Source: Candidatus Poribacteria bacterium (GTDB lineage Bacteria > Poribacteria > WGA-4E > WGA-3G). From it: DNA of 64,000 nucleotides. Position 1 is the first letter of the stretch; each line of letters opens with the position of its first letter. The stretch is from the NCBI GenBank assembly GCA_965197475.1, contig CBDANF010000002.1:160001-224000 (forward strand), written 5' to 3'. The translations under genes and the position numbers were made by a program. Of the stretch, positions 1 to 9,912 are shown one piece after another. The notes under the pieces were generated by a model. The model was not told the origin of the DNA. It did no database searches and worked only from the letters and a program-made list of their open reading frames with translations.

Positions 1-1
1 G

Positions 2-601
2 TCTTGGCGTGGACAAATCGCAACATCCGAAATTTTCGATCTACACTACGCCGGTCCCCTCGTAGATGCTATTGGTCAACTTACAGGTACCGATGTAATT
101 GGACACCCAGTTTTTAATGCTCGTCCTAAACTGCCCGGTCAGCAATTGACTGTTGTTCCGTGGCATCAAGACAGCGGCTATTTCGGGACAGTCAGTGAAC
201 AATCACTCATCCCGACTGCATGGATTCCACTCGTACCAGTAGACGAGAGTAACGGTTGTTTACAAGTAGTTGCAGGCTCACATCGGTTAGGTGTAGTTGA
301 CCATCACACTGAAAACCGAGAAGGTAAGTTTCTTGAGGTGATGGACAATCTTGTAGAGGATTCTCGTGTTGTAACCTGTCCTATGGAAATAGGGGATGCG
401 TTGGTGTTCAATAACCTCACGCTCCACCGTTCCTTACCGCACACTACAAGCGAAATCATCCGATGGGCAATTGACATCCGTTATCTTCGGGATGGCGACC
501 ATCCGGGGGCAATCTATTGGAAAGACCCTGATTTTAAGTGGGTTATTCGAAGCCAAACGCAATCTATAACGACTCTTGCCCAATGGCTCGAAATGTGGTA
601 G
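2..601 (+). CDS. PhyH-family Fe(II)/2OG dioxygenase, 5' partial
   Basis: Frame is open from base 2; motifs PWHQD, WIPL..NGCLQVVAGSH, HRS and R.AIDIRY. Confidence 0.85.
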   Translation, partial: SWRGQIATSEIFDLHYAGPLVDAIGQLTGTDVIGHPVFNARPKLPGQQLTVVPWHQDSGYFGTVSEQSLIPTAWIPLVPVDESNGCLQVVAGSHRLGVVDHHTENREGKFLEVMDNLVEDSRVVTCPMEIGDALVFNNLTLHRSLPHTTSEIIRWAIDIRYLRDGDHPGAIYWKDPDFKWVIRSQTQSITTLAQWLEMW

Positions 602-756
602 TGCCATAAGCGCGCTTACCGAGTGAGATCAAGTTAATTTGGTATAAGTCCGATTTCCTATCGCAAACTAAATCCCTCCGGATCACACAAAATATCTTGC
701 ATTCTTCTCAGACATTAGGCATAATAATATTGAAGAAACCGTTAAGGAAGAATCGC

Positions 757-1764
757 ATGATACGTGTACCTTTCCAAACTTTAAATGATGAATTTTATCG
801 TGTGCTTGCAGCAGTCGGATTTACCGGCGAACGGGCAAAATTATGTGCCAAGTTATTTGCCGAAAATCAACGCGACGGTGTTTATTCACACGGGCTCAAT
901 CGCTTTCCCGGGTTTGTGGCTGGACTACAAAGCAAACAGATTAACTTCCATGCAAAACCAGAAAAAATTGAGAGTTTCGGCGCGTTAGAACGGTGGGATG
1001 GCAAGATGGGGGTAGGGCTTGTCAACGCACATATCTGTATGCAACGCGCAATAGAACTTGCTGAAACACACAGCATCGGTTGTGTAGGACTTTCAAACAC
1101 GAACCACTGGATGCGTGGCGGTGTCTACGCACTACAGGCAGCAGAAGCAGGCTATATCGGTATCTGCTGGACAAATACCACCAAACTCATGCCGCCGTGG
1201 GGTTCTGCAGAGAAAAAGATCGGTAATAACCCATTAGCAATTGCTGTGCCGCGCCAAGAACGGCATATTCTGCTTGATATGGCGATGAGTCAGTATTCAA
1301 ACGGAAAATTAGAAGTACTCAAGCTACAAGGCAAACAACTTCCGCTACCGGGTGGATATGATACCGAAGGAAACCTAACGATTGAACCTACAGAAATTCT
1401 CGATTCGCAAAGAGCTCTTCCCATCGGTTATTGGAAAGGATCCGGATTAGCATTGGTGCTTGACACAATGGCTGCTGTTATCTCAGGTGGACAAGCCACA
1501 CATCAGATTGGAAAACAGAAGTCAGAATATGCTGTCTCTCAGGTTTACATTGCGATTAATGCTACCGGAATGATGGGAGAAACAATATTAAACGAAACTG
1601 TAGAAGCAATTATCAACGACTTCCATACCGCTATTCCCTTAGATCAAAACGAGAAGGTGCGGTATCCAGGGGAAGGTATGTTGCGCACACGGCAAGAGAG
1701 TCTTGAAAAGGGTGTCTTCGTAGACGAAAAACAGTGGCAAGCGTTATTGGAAATGAATAGGTAA
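757..1764 (+). CDS. yiaK: 3-dehydro-L-gulonate 2-dehydrogenase (Ldh_2 family)
   Basis: DGVYSHGLNRF, NTNHWMRGG, CWTNT..MPPWG and LPIGYWKGSGL; ATG at 757 follows AGGAAG. Confidence 0.85.
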   Translation: MIRVPFQTLNDEFYRVLAAVGFTGERAKLCAKLFAENQRDGVYSHGLNRFPGFVAGLQSKQINFHAKPEKIESFGALERWDGKMGVGLVNAHICMQRAIELAETHSIGCVGLSNTNHWMRGGVYALQAAEAGYIGICWTNTTKLMPPWGSAEKKIGNNPLAIAVPRQERHILLDMAMSQYSNGKLEVLKLQGKQLPLPGGYDTEGNLTIEPTEILDSQRALPIGYWKGSGLALVLDTMAAVISGGQATHQIGKQKSEYAVSQVYIAINATGMMGETILNETVEAIINDFHTAIPLDQNEKVRYPGEGMLRTRQESLEKGVFVDEKQWQALLEMNR

Positions 1765-1765
1765 T

Positions 1766-2932
1766 ATGCACACTCACCTTACCATAAATTCGAATCGGAG
1801 ACAACTTGTGACGCTACGCGCAGGAATTGTCGGTTGTGGCGGGATTAGCCGTAGCCACGCCGCCGCTTATGATGGTTTAGAAGATATTTCACTTGTTGCA
1901 ATGTGCGACATCAATCAAGATGCTGTCAATAACCGCGCCGATGAATACGGTGTCTCAAACCGATATACCAACTATAAGGAGATGTTTGCAAATGAAACCC
2001 TTGATATTGTGAGTGTTTGTACACATGCTCCCTTACACACTCCGATTACCATTGCAGCAGCAAAAGCAGGTATTCATGTTTTATGTGAAAAGCCACTATC
2101 GGTTGATTTAGAAACTGCTGACCAGATGCTCAAAACGTGTAATAATGCGGGTGTCCACTTAGCAGTGAGTCATCAATTCCGATTCACACCCCTGTTCCGG
2201 CACGCAAAATCCCTTATTGATGCGGGGGAAATTGGTGAACTACGAGCAATTCGTGAGGTAGGTAAAGGACGCGAAGCAGGATTTGAGCTAATGGAGATGG
2301 GTGTCCACTACTTTGACGAGATGGATTTCTTCTTGGATGGTATCTCTTGGATTCAGGCACATATCACAAATCAAGGACATGATGTGACAGACGCAGATAT
2401 TATGCACAGCAGTGAGTTATGCAAAACCGACCGACGTGACAACGGTATCGTCGCGGGCGATACAATGCTTGTGCATATCGGTGGCGCAAGCGGTGCTTAT
2501 GGAATTATGGAACTTTACCTCCGAAAACATCGACACGGGTGGATGATGGGACCGCATCTCCTCGGTTCGGAAGGGCAATTGATGATAAAACCAAACCCAC
2601 AGACAGGAATAGATGAAATGTGGTACTGTCCTTTTGATGTCTCATTTGCAGCGCATACACCCGCATGGGAACAGATAGAACTTGACACATCAGCGTTTAT
2701 GATCTCTGGAAAAGCGTGGAAGTCTCGCCACACAATCTGGAGTGCCAAAAATATGCGAGACGCAATTCTTAACGGAAATCAACCAGAACTCGGTGGACAC
2801 AACACACTAACATCTCTTGAGTGTGTAAGCGCAACCTACACTTCCCATTTTTCCGGTCAAAAAGTAAAACTACCATTAGAAGAACGGAGCCATCCGCTTG
2901 TCAAACGTCTAAACATAGGAGCAAACAACTGA
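1766..2932 (+). CDS. Gfo/Idh/MocA oxidoreductase
   Basis: GIVGCGGI, HVLCEKPL, HQFRF. Start may be the GTG at 1808. Confidence 0.85.
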   Translation: MHTHLTINSNRRQLVTLRAGIVGCGGISRSHAAAYDGLEDISLVAMCDINQDAVNNRADEYGVSNRYTNYKEMFANETLDIVSVCTHAPLHTPITIAAAKAGIHVLCEKPLSVDLETADQMLKTCNNAGVHLAVSHQFRFTPLFRHAKSLIDAGEIGELRAIREVGKGREAGFELMEMGVHYFDEMDFFLDGISWIQAHITNQGHDVTDADIMHSSELCKTDRRDNGIVAGDTMLVHIGGASGAYGIMELYLRKHRHGWMMGPHLLGSEGQLMIKPNPQTGIDEMWYCPFDVSFAAHTPAWEQIELDTSAFMISGKAWKSRHTIWSAKNMRDAILNGNQPELGGHNTLTSLECVSATYTSHFSGQKVKLPLEERSHPLVKRLNIGANN

Positions 2933-3781
2933 ATGAAACTTGCATTCTTTGATGATTACCAACTCGGCGTGATAACAGAAAACGAAATCGTTGATATCAG
3001 CGATTCTCTCAGCGATATTTCGTACCATACGCCGCAAGAACTGATAAAATTGGTGATTGAGGATTTTGATAGCCTGCGTACAACAATAGCAGATGCAGCT
3101 GAAAACAACGCCTCAATTCCCTTGGACAACGTCAGCCTTAAAGCCCCGCTACCACGGCCCGGACAACTCGTCTGTCTTGCTGGCAATTACATTGAACCCG
3201 ACAGCCCTTCTCGCGGCGATTTTAATGCCTTCCTCAAATCACCAACTAGCGTAATTTCCACAAAAGAGACAGTTGAACTCCCAGAGGCGGATGTAACCGT
3301 TTTTCATTTTGAACCAGAGTTAGCAATTGTCATCGGGAAAACAGCAAAGTATCTAACCGAAGAAAACGCGCTTGACTGCGTCTTTGGATACACACAATTT
3401 ATTGATGTGTCTGCCCGCGGTTTACCGGGAGGCTTCTTTTTAGGGAAAAGTTGGCATACCTTCGCACCCATGGGACCTGTGCTTATCACCACGGATGAAG
3501 TAGAAGACCCTAATGCTCTCGGTGTCCAACTTTGGATTAACGAAGGTTTGCAACACGATTTCTCTACGAATTCCATGGCGCGTTTCGTCCCAGAATTGCT
3601 CGCTGAGGTAACCAACGTGCTAACACTGGAACCGGGAGACGTAGTCTCTACAGGCACACATCACGAAGCACTCACGGTGGTCGGAGACAGTGATACGGTG
3701 CGGTTGACAATTGAAGGTTTCGGACCAGCGTTAGTCGTTGACGTGCACGACCCGTTAAAGCGTACTACTTGGCGTGGGTAA
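2933..3781 (+). CDS. Fumarylacetoacetate hydrolase family protein
   Basis: HFEPELAIVIGK, DVSAR, GKSWHTFAPMGP, LEPGDVVSTGT. Confidence 0.9.
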   Translation: MKLAFFDDYQLGVITENEIVDISDSLSDISYHTPQELIKLVIEDFDSLRTTIADAAENNASIPLDNVSLKAPLPRPGQLVCLAGNYIEPDSPSRGDFNAFLKSPTSVISTKETVELPEADVTVFHFEPELAIVIGKTAKYLTEENALDCVFGYTQFIDVSARGLPGGFFLGKSWHTFAPMGPVLITTDEVEDPNALGVQLWINEGLQHDFSTNSMARFVPELLAEVTNVLTLEPGDVVSTGTHHEALTVVGDSDTVRLTIEGFGPALVVDVHDPLKRTTWRG

Positions 3782-3790
3782 TAAAAAAGG

Positions 3791-3820
3791 TTGACAACTA
3801 CATCAGTTTGCATGTATAAT
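3791..3820 (+). promoter_or_regulatory. Sigma70-type promoter
   Basis: TTGACA-18 nt-TATAAT. Confidence 0.75.
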
Positions 3821-3950
3821 TTTAAAAATCGGGAATTTTAGGGCGTAGCTTGCAAGCCCATATTACAACTTGGAATGCGATGTCCGAGGTTGCAAGAAAT
3901 TATTTTAGTTTAGACACAACAAACCCGTTCTTGATGATAAGGAGAAGCGA

Positions 3951-4880
3951 TTGATGAAAAGACACAGAAATATAGCTATTTACGCTATCTTTGCAATTGC
4001 CTGTGTGTGGATGGTAGGATGCGGAGGCTGTAATCCGGAACCGGTACCGTCAGACATGACCCCAACTGAGGGTCCCGAAGCTGGTGGAACCCCTGTCCGT
4101 ATTATTGGCGAAAAATTCGATATGAAAAACGGTGTGACTGTGACGTTTGGTGGAAAAGAAGGGCAAAATGCAACTGTCCCAAGTAAAACAGAAGTTACTG
4201 TCGTAACGCCTGCTGGCACAGCCGGACAATCAGTGGATGTTGTCATTACCAATAATGGGAAACCGGAGGTGCCTGTCCCACTCACTCAGAAGTTTACCTA
4301 TATGGACGCAACACCACCAACGGTAACCGGTACTGATCCTATGGGTGGCGCTGTTTTCTCTGAATACGAAGATTCTTTGAATGTACGGAATAGTCTCACG
4401 GTTACCTTCAGCGAACCAATTGACGCGAATAGCGTATCAATTGATGTCGCAGTTACTAAAACAGAAGACTCCATGAGTGAACCTACAGCAGCTACGCTTG
4501 CTGGCACAGTAAGTGGTAGTGGCGATTCCGTGACGTTTACCTCAGATATGCCGATGCGATGCGGGCGCATGTATACTGTCACCGTCTCAGGTGCCACTGA
4601 TATGGCAGGAAATGCCCTCGCTACTTCACACAGTTTCAGCTTTAGCGTAACAAGCCCGGAAGCAGTTAGCAGATATTACGTCAAAGAAGAGGATATTCAA
4701 GAAGAAAATGGCGAAGCAGCATTAAAGCACATCGCCGCTCGACCTGAGATTTTTGACAATCCTGAGAAGTGGACGCGGTTAGTTGCCGCAAATCAGGATG
4801 ATTATATCTTTGACCGGACGAAACTAAGTGTGGGACAAGAGTTATTAATTCCTCGCGGTCGTGCTTGGGGTGATAAGTAG
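3951..4880 (+). CDS. Lipoprotein with IPT/TIG, Ig-like (Big_5-type) and LysM-like domains
   Basis: Signal peptide with VGC; PTEGPEAGGTPVRI.G (IPT); DATPPTV..VTFSEPID..ATDMAGN (Big_5); W..L..AN..LSVGQELLIP (LysM). Confidence 0.75.
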   Translation: MMKRHRNIAIYAIFAIACVWMVGCGGCNPEPVPSDMTPTEGPEAGGTPVRIIGEKFDMKNGVTVTFGGKEGQNATVPSKTEVTVVTPAGTAGQSVDVVITNNGKPEVPVPLTQKFTYMDATPPTVTGTDPMGGAVFSEYEDSLNVRNSLTVTFSEPIDANSVSIDVAVTKTEDSMSEPTAATLAGTVSGSGDSVTFTSDMPMRCGRMYTVTVSGATDMAGNALATSHSFSFSVTSPEAVSRYYVKEEDIQEENGEAALKHIAARPEIFDNPEKWTRLVAANQDDYIFDRTKLSVGQELLIPRGRAWGDK

Positions 4881-4900
4881 CTAATACCTATTGTAATGAA

Positions 4901-4938
4901 AACAAAAAGCCGTGTCCTTAGGACACGGCTTTTTTGTT
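4901..4938. terminator. Bidirectional intrinsic terminator
   Basis: AAAAAGCCGTGTCC-TTA-GGACACGGCTTTTTT. Confidence 0.9.
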
Positions 4939-5074
4939 GCCTTCAACCTTCTTCCGTTATAGGAGCGACCTCTCGGTCGCGGTTTATACACAGTCTATTC
5001 ATAAATTGTGGGATGGTATTGTATATTGTAAACCCATAGGTGTCAATTTAAGGTGTACAATGCCCGTTTTCATC

Positions 5075-5153
5075 GTAGGGCGGGGTCTCTGGGTTTCCCG
5101 CCATGTGTCAAGATTGTTCCAAGCAATGGGCGGGCACAGAGACCCGCCCCTAC
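5075..5153. repeat. Inverted pair of GTAG-type REP-like sequences
   Basis: GTAGGGCGGGGTCTCTG...CAGAGACCCGCCCCTAC; a related half-copy lies near 32369-32395. Confidence 0.6.
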
Positions 5154-5424
5154 AAGAAGGTGGGCATTTGGAGGAAATCGGGTGGACAAGGAACTATCAC
5201 AAGAGAAAATCCAGCAATTCATTGTGCGTTTTAGGTTGGGTGGGTTGAACGCTTGAACGCAGTGAAACTAACATAATCGTGTTTGTTAAATACGCATTTA
5301 AAAAGAAGAACGGATTGGCAGCAAACGAAATATTTTACCAATCCATTCTTATAGGTGTTGCGAACTATAATTGTACCGCACTTTTGACGCATTATCGCCA
5401 ATGTCCCCGTTAGTTACAAGGACA

Positions 5425-6378
5425 TTACTCGCCAATGGAAAGTTTCACGATAACGCTATCACCATTCTCACCAGCGTCCTTGACGTGGCAATCGTGGCAT
5501 CCTTGACTCGTAGCAAAGCTGCCACCTTGTGACAGTTCAAACTCATTCGTTTCCGAATTAAGCATGTATTGATCATACTTCCAGCCGTTATGTCCGTTGT
5601 AAGTCATGTCGTCCGTTTTTTCCATCGTTGCAACCGTCATGACAAAGGAATTTGTAGCATCCATGATTTCCTTGACAATCATAGTTCCAACGGGATAGAC
5701 ACCGCCTTCCCGGTTCGCCGTAACACCGGTCTCGTTGATATAAACAATACGGGAGCCCATGCCATGAGCAGCACCGGTTCCCACCGGTTCTGGAAGCCCA
5801 ACAAATTTCCACGACTTGTGTGCTGTTGAGTCAAACACGGGAGGAGACTCATCTTCTTCAATGAGTGGCACAAAAACAAAGTCGTTAGAGGCGTTTGCAT
5901 GGCAATCAACGCATGCTCCCGCGGCCATCTCCGATGTGAGTGTATTTCTCATCATCATATCTACCGCTGTTGCTGAAGGCGGACCTGTTACACCGTATAC
6001 CCAACCGCTATTATCTGTGCCATCGGTTTTCGTCATCGTTGAGATCTGCGAGACAAACGTATTGGTAGTATCCATGGATACCTTGACAATCATAGACCCG
6101 ATAGGGTATTCTTCTGCACTTGTCTTGTTCGCCATAGCAGCGGCTTCGTTGAGATAGATGGTACGGGATCCCAGATCATGAGCATCCCCTTTAAAGTCTA
6201 ACCACGGTCCGTCAAGCATTTTCTGATCTGGCCACGACTTGTACGCATCCATCATTCCCGCATCCATCATTCCCGCATCCATCATTCCCGGATCTAATAC
6301 CTCCTTCGTACGCTCACAAGCAACAAAAGCGATACAACCGATCAAAACGGCAATCAGGACTACTTGAAATTTTAGCAT
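5425..6378 (-). CDS. Lipoprotein with two tandem cytochrome P460-like domains
   Basis: Lipobox FVAC; two repeats of R.IY.N...YP.G.MIVK...GW.Y...CxxCH (CVDCH, CHDCH). Confidence 0.75.
   Translation of the reverse strand: MLKFQVVLIAVLIGCIAFVACERTKEVLDPGMMDAGMMDAGMMDAYKSWPDQKMLDGPWLDFKGDAHDLGSRTIYLNEAAAMANKTSAEEYPIGSMIVKVSMDTTNTFVSQISTMTKTDGTDNSGWVYGVTGPPSATAVDMMMRNTLTSEMAAGACVDCHANASNDFVFVPLIEEDESPPVFDSTAHKSWKFVGLPEPVGTGAAHGMGSRIVYINETGVTANREGGVYPVGTMIVKEIMDATNSFVMTVATMEKTDDMTYNGHNGWKYDQYMLNSETNEFELSQGGSFATSQGCHDCHVKDAGENGDSVIVKLSIGE
6246..6290. repeat. 15-bp tandem repeat x3 encoding GMMDA
   Basis: CATCCATCATTCCCG three times. Confidence 0.9.
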
Positions 6379-6605
6379 TGTTAATGCTCCTTATCTATAG
6401 AATTCTAAAGTTTGAAGAAGAGTTACAAATCTATTTGTGAGACTAAAAGATAAAGCCATTTCACGGTAATTAGTCACTCTTCGGGTTTATGTACTACACA
6501 ACCTTTCTTAATGATACCACAATTGCTATTATTTTTCAAGAATTAATAAGATGTTTATACAAAGGTTGGGGAAACTATAGGAGAGTTGAATAACATTATA
6601 CAGAT

Positions 6606-8222
6606 TTAACGCCTATTTTGATCAGTCTGTAAGATTTTTGAACGAATTTTTAAGATATAGGGATGCTTAGGGGATTGTGAAAACGCTATTTTAATTTCAC
6701 GCCGCGCTTCAGAAGTCCGTTTGAGACGGTAATAGACAAAAGCGAGTGTCGCAATGTGTGTCGGACGTCTATCAATCGCTACAACAGATTCGGCAAGTTT
6801 TAGTGCCTCATCAAGCGATCTGTTTTCCGTTGCGAGTAACGATGCTAATGCATCTTTTGGAAACGGAACATTCGGGGCAAGTCGGATTGCGCGGCGGAAA
6901 TCTGTTTCTGCCGTTCCAGACTCACCCCGTTTTTGGTAAATCTGTCCGCGCCACCAATAACCCGGTGCCTATGTCGGTTCATGCTGAAGCCCCATCGTAA
7001 AAGCATTCTCAGCACCCGCAAGGTCGCCTGATGCCTCGCGGAGATTTGCAAGCTGAGAGTAGGTATCCATAAAGTCCGGTTCATGTTTAATAAGCGTAAG
7101 GAAATGTGATTCCGCTTCAGTACTATTCCCAAATTTTGCTGCTATCATGCCCAAATGTAGCAATGCCTGACGCGAGGTTGGCTCTAACTTCAGCACACGT
7201 TGATATGCTTGCTTAGCAGATGCCAATTCATCTAATTGCATCTGAACGTACGCATAATCTTTCAAGGCAGGAATATATGCCGCATCCGTTTCGAGTGCCT
7301 TCTGTAGCAGTTCCAGAGCGCGCCGCCCCTGCTGCTTTTCAATAAACCGATGTGCCTGACGACGATAGACTTCTGCTAATGTTTGCTTGTAGCGCAAATG
7401 AGCAGCATTAGCACCCTTGTTATCACCGAGTTGCGTAAGCACCTCCGCGAGTGCTTTGTGAAATATCGGCTCGTGTGGTGTTGCTTGGATAGCCTGTTCA
7501 TAAAAACGACGCGCGACTACGGGTTCTCCCCGCCTCGCTGCCACTTCACCTCTACCGAAAGCAGCACTTGCCAAGGCTTTATCTAACACAAGTGCTTCAC
7601 GAAAAACGGCATCCGCCTCGTCAATACGGTTGAGTTTTAACAGAACATGTCCAAGGTTGTTATAGGCAGCTGTTGTCTCTGGAGACAGTTGCACCGCAAC
7701 GATGTAGTAGCGACGTGCCTGCTCCAAATTGTCCCGTTCGGTTTCAATCTGTCCCAAAGCAACATACCACGTAACAGGGGCGTTTTCACCTGCACCTTTG
7801 ACAGCTTTCTGAAACCACTCGTCTGCCGCATCAAGTTGTTTATTGCGATGGTAGGCGGTAGCGAGTTTGGCTTGCACAGTCGGTTCAAAGGTAAAACGAT
7901 CAACCTATGGGAACTCTGAAATCATCTGCAAAGCACGTTGAAAAGCAGCAATCGCACTTGGATAATCCGCCAACTTCGCCGATGCATCGCCTTCTCCAAT
8001 ATGCGCAATCGGGAGTTTAGGCACATCTTTGGCAAGTATCTGATACAAACGACGTGCTTCCGCAAACTTATCTTCTTTAAACGCTTGCTGCGCCTTCTCC
8101 AATTGCTCACGAACCTTTCCAGGATAGGTAGATATATCCCACGGGGAAACATCCCCAAAAACTGATACAGTGAATATCAAAAGAAGAGAACAGACGACTG
8201 TTCGGGGCAGTGCCAAATTCAT
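6606..8222 (-). pseudogene. Secreted TPR protein interrupted by two in-frame TAG codons (7905-7907 and 6969-6971)
   Basis: ORFs 7905..8222 and 6969..7877 share one frame; TPR-like sequence continues after the second TAG (APGYWWRGQIYQKRG...) to TAA at 6606. Confidence 0.75.
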
Positions 8223-8226
8223 TAGA

Positions 8227-9237
8227 TTATTTTGTCGGTTGAATTTTTATTCCTGAAACACGCTTAAGTGCATTTTCTAAGATATACCAAGGCTCGTCTG
8301 CTTTTTGTCTCGTCAACCATTCCTTAAACGCAGTTTCCGCTTTATTCTGACAGATCAACTTGGCAATCTCGTCTTTAACTTCCGAATACTGTTTTTGACG
8401 TGCTGGCGTTTTCTTAACAAGTTCAACAATCCGATATCCCTCTTGAACAGGAAGCGGGCCCTTACGTTCAGTAGGTTGCAATTGCGCTACAATTGTCCCC
8501 AATGCCGTGTCTGTCGTCAGGGTAAAGGAATTAAAACTGATAGACGGATCCGTTTTATAACTCTGCTTAACCTTCTCAAACGTTTCACCTTGCTGTAAGC
8601 GTCCATTGATTTGTTCCATGAGACGTTTGGCGGTCTGCTTCTCTTTTGCTGAACTCTCCGATGGCACGGCTATCACCACAGAACGAAATGTAACGGTAGC
8701 AGCCGTTATAAACTGTGCTTTATTCTTCTCAAAGTATTGCGGTGCTAACTCATCAATCTCTTTGCTATCAACTTTACTGACAAAATTACGCCTAAAATAG
8801 TCATCGTAAATTAAACGATCAGACACCCACTTTTCTAATGCTTCAATTTCTACTTCCTGTTCCTGCCCAACCTTATGGAACGCCGCATCAGAAGGGAATT
8901 TTGCGCGTATCGTTGCGATCTGTTCCGCAATCTGCTTCTTGTGATCAACAGCCGTAATTCCGATCTTTTCAGCTGCCAGCAATACAAATCTGCGACTGAT
9001 AATACGATCTAAATACTTTCGTTTTTCCATCTCAGTCGGTTCACGTGAAAGGGGTTTATCTATAATAATAGCATCAATCCGAAATTCGTTTACAAGTTCA
9101 CTTTGGGTAATTGCTTTTCCATTGACAACCGCAATCACGGAGTCTATTAGAACTTGCGCGTCTGCATTCCCGACAAACAAGAAAAGCAGAAAAGTGATGT
9201 ATTTTGTTGTGTTTGAAAGGTATTTTGGTATCCTCAT
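8227..9237 (-). CDS. SurA-like chaperone / PpiC-type PPIase
   Basis: IDSVIAVVNGKAITQSEL N-domain, GETFEKV, GYRIVEL; signal peptide. Confidence 0.8.
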   Translation of the reverse strand: MRIPKYLSNTTKYITFLLFLFVGNADAQVLIDSVIAVVNGKAITQSELVNEFRIDAIIIDKPLSREPTEMEKRKYLDRIISRRFVLLAAEKIGITAVDHKKQIAEQIATIRAKFPSDAAFHKVGQEQEVEIEALEKWVSDRLIYDDYFRRNFVSKVDSKEIDELAPQYFEKNKAQFITAATVTFRSVVIAVPSESSAKEKQTAKRLMEQINGRLQQGETFEKVKQSYKTDPSISFNSFTLTTDTALGTIVAQLQPTERKGPLPVQEGYRIVELVKKTPARQKQYSEVKDEIAKLICQNKAETAFKEWLTRQKADEPWYILENALKRVSGIKIQPTK

Positions 9238-9516
9238 GGCTTTGATATGATAACGCAATTTGGTGTTTAATTCAAGATATTTTGTTAGGTGTATCTGGAC
9301 AATGCTAACAATTAACACTTCAGAGAGGAAGCGAAAACTTCAGATTGGTTGTTATAATTTCTCTAACATTTAATTGACATCTGACACTTCAACATGTTAT
9401 GATTATAGTTAAGTTCATGATTGCTTGTACGATGCAATTGGAATTCGCTCCCACTAGAGTGAAAGGAGCTAGATTCAACCTATACTATAAACTTCCTACT
9501 GAGGCATAAGGAATAT

Positions 9517-9912
9517 TTGATGGACAAAATAAAATTGGAAATTCCAAGAATATCAAACGATTCGATAAATCTAACCCTAAAAAATGGCGACCAATTTTTC
9601 ATAGTAGGCCCAAATGGTTCGGGCAAATCCGCGTTGATACATCGAATTGTTTCAATGAATACGGACAAAAAGATTAAGCGCATATCTGCACATAGACAAA
9701 CATGGCTTAGCTCAGGAAGCATTAATTTTACTCCAGAAAGTCGTGAAGCATATGAAAAAACCTCCTTACAATATATCACACGGAATGAAGCTCGCTGGAG
9801 AGATTCCAATGCTGGACAAGATTTATCTGCAATCCTATTTGACTTAGTTGCTAAAGAAAATACTCGTGCCCGTTTAATTGCTCAGCATGTAGACAATCAG
9901 GATTTAGATAAA
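9517..9912 (+). pseudogene. AAA/ABC-type ATPase N-terminal fragment truncated by an IS
   Basis: Walker A GPNGSGKS and RISAHR; the frame runs into the IS left inverted repeat and no C-terminal half follows the IS. Confidence 0.7.

Noticed and set aside
4934-5256. ORFs 4934..5248 and 5053..5256
   Set aside because: They span a terminator and REP/MITE-end sequence and have no protein-like features.
9404-9480. Hairpins upstream of the ATPase fragment as a tRNA or riboswitch
   Set aside because: No cloverleaf or T-loop consensus and no recognisable aptamer; the stems are short.
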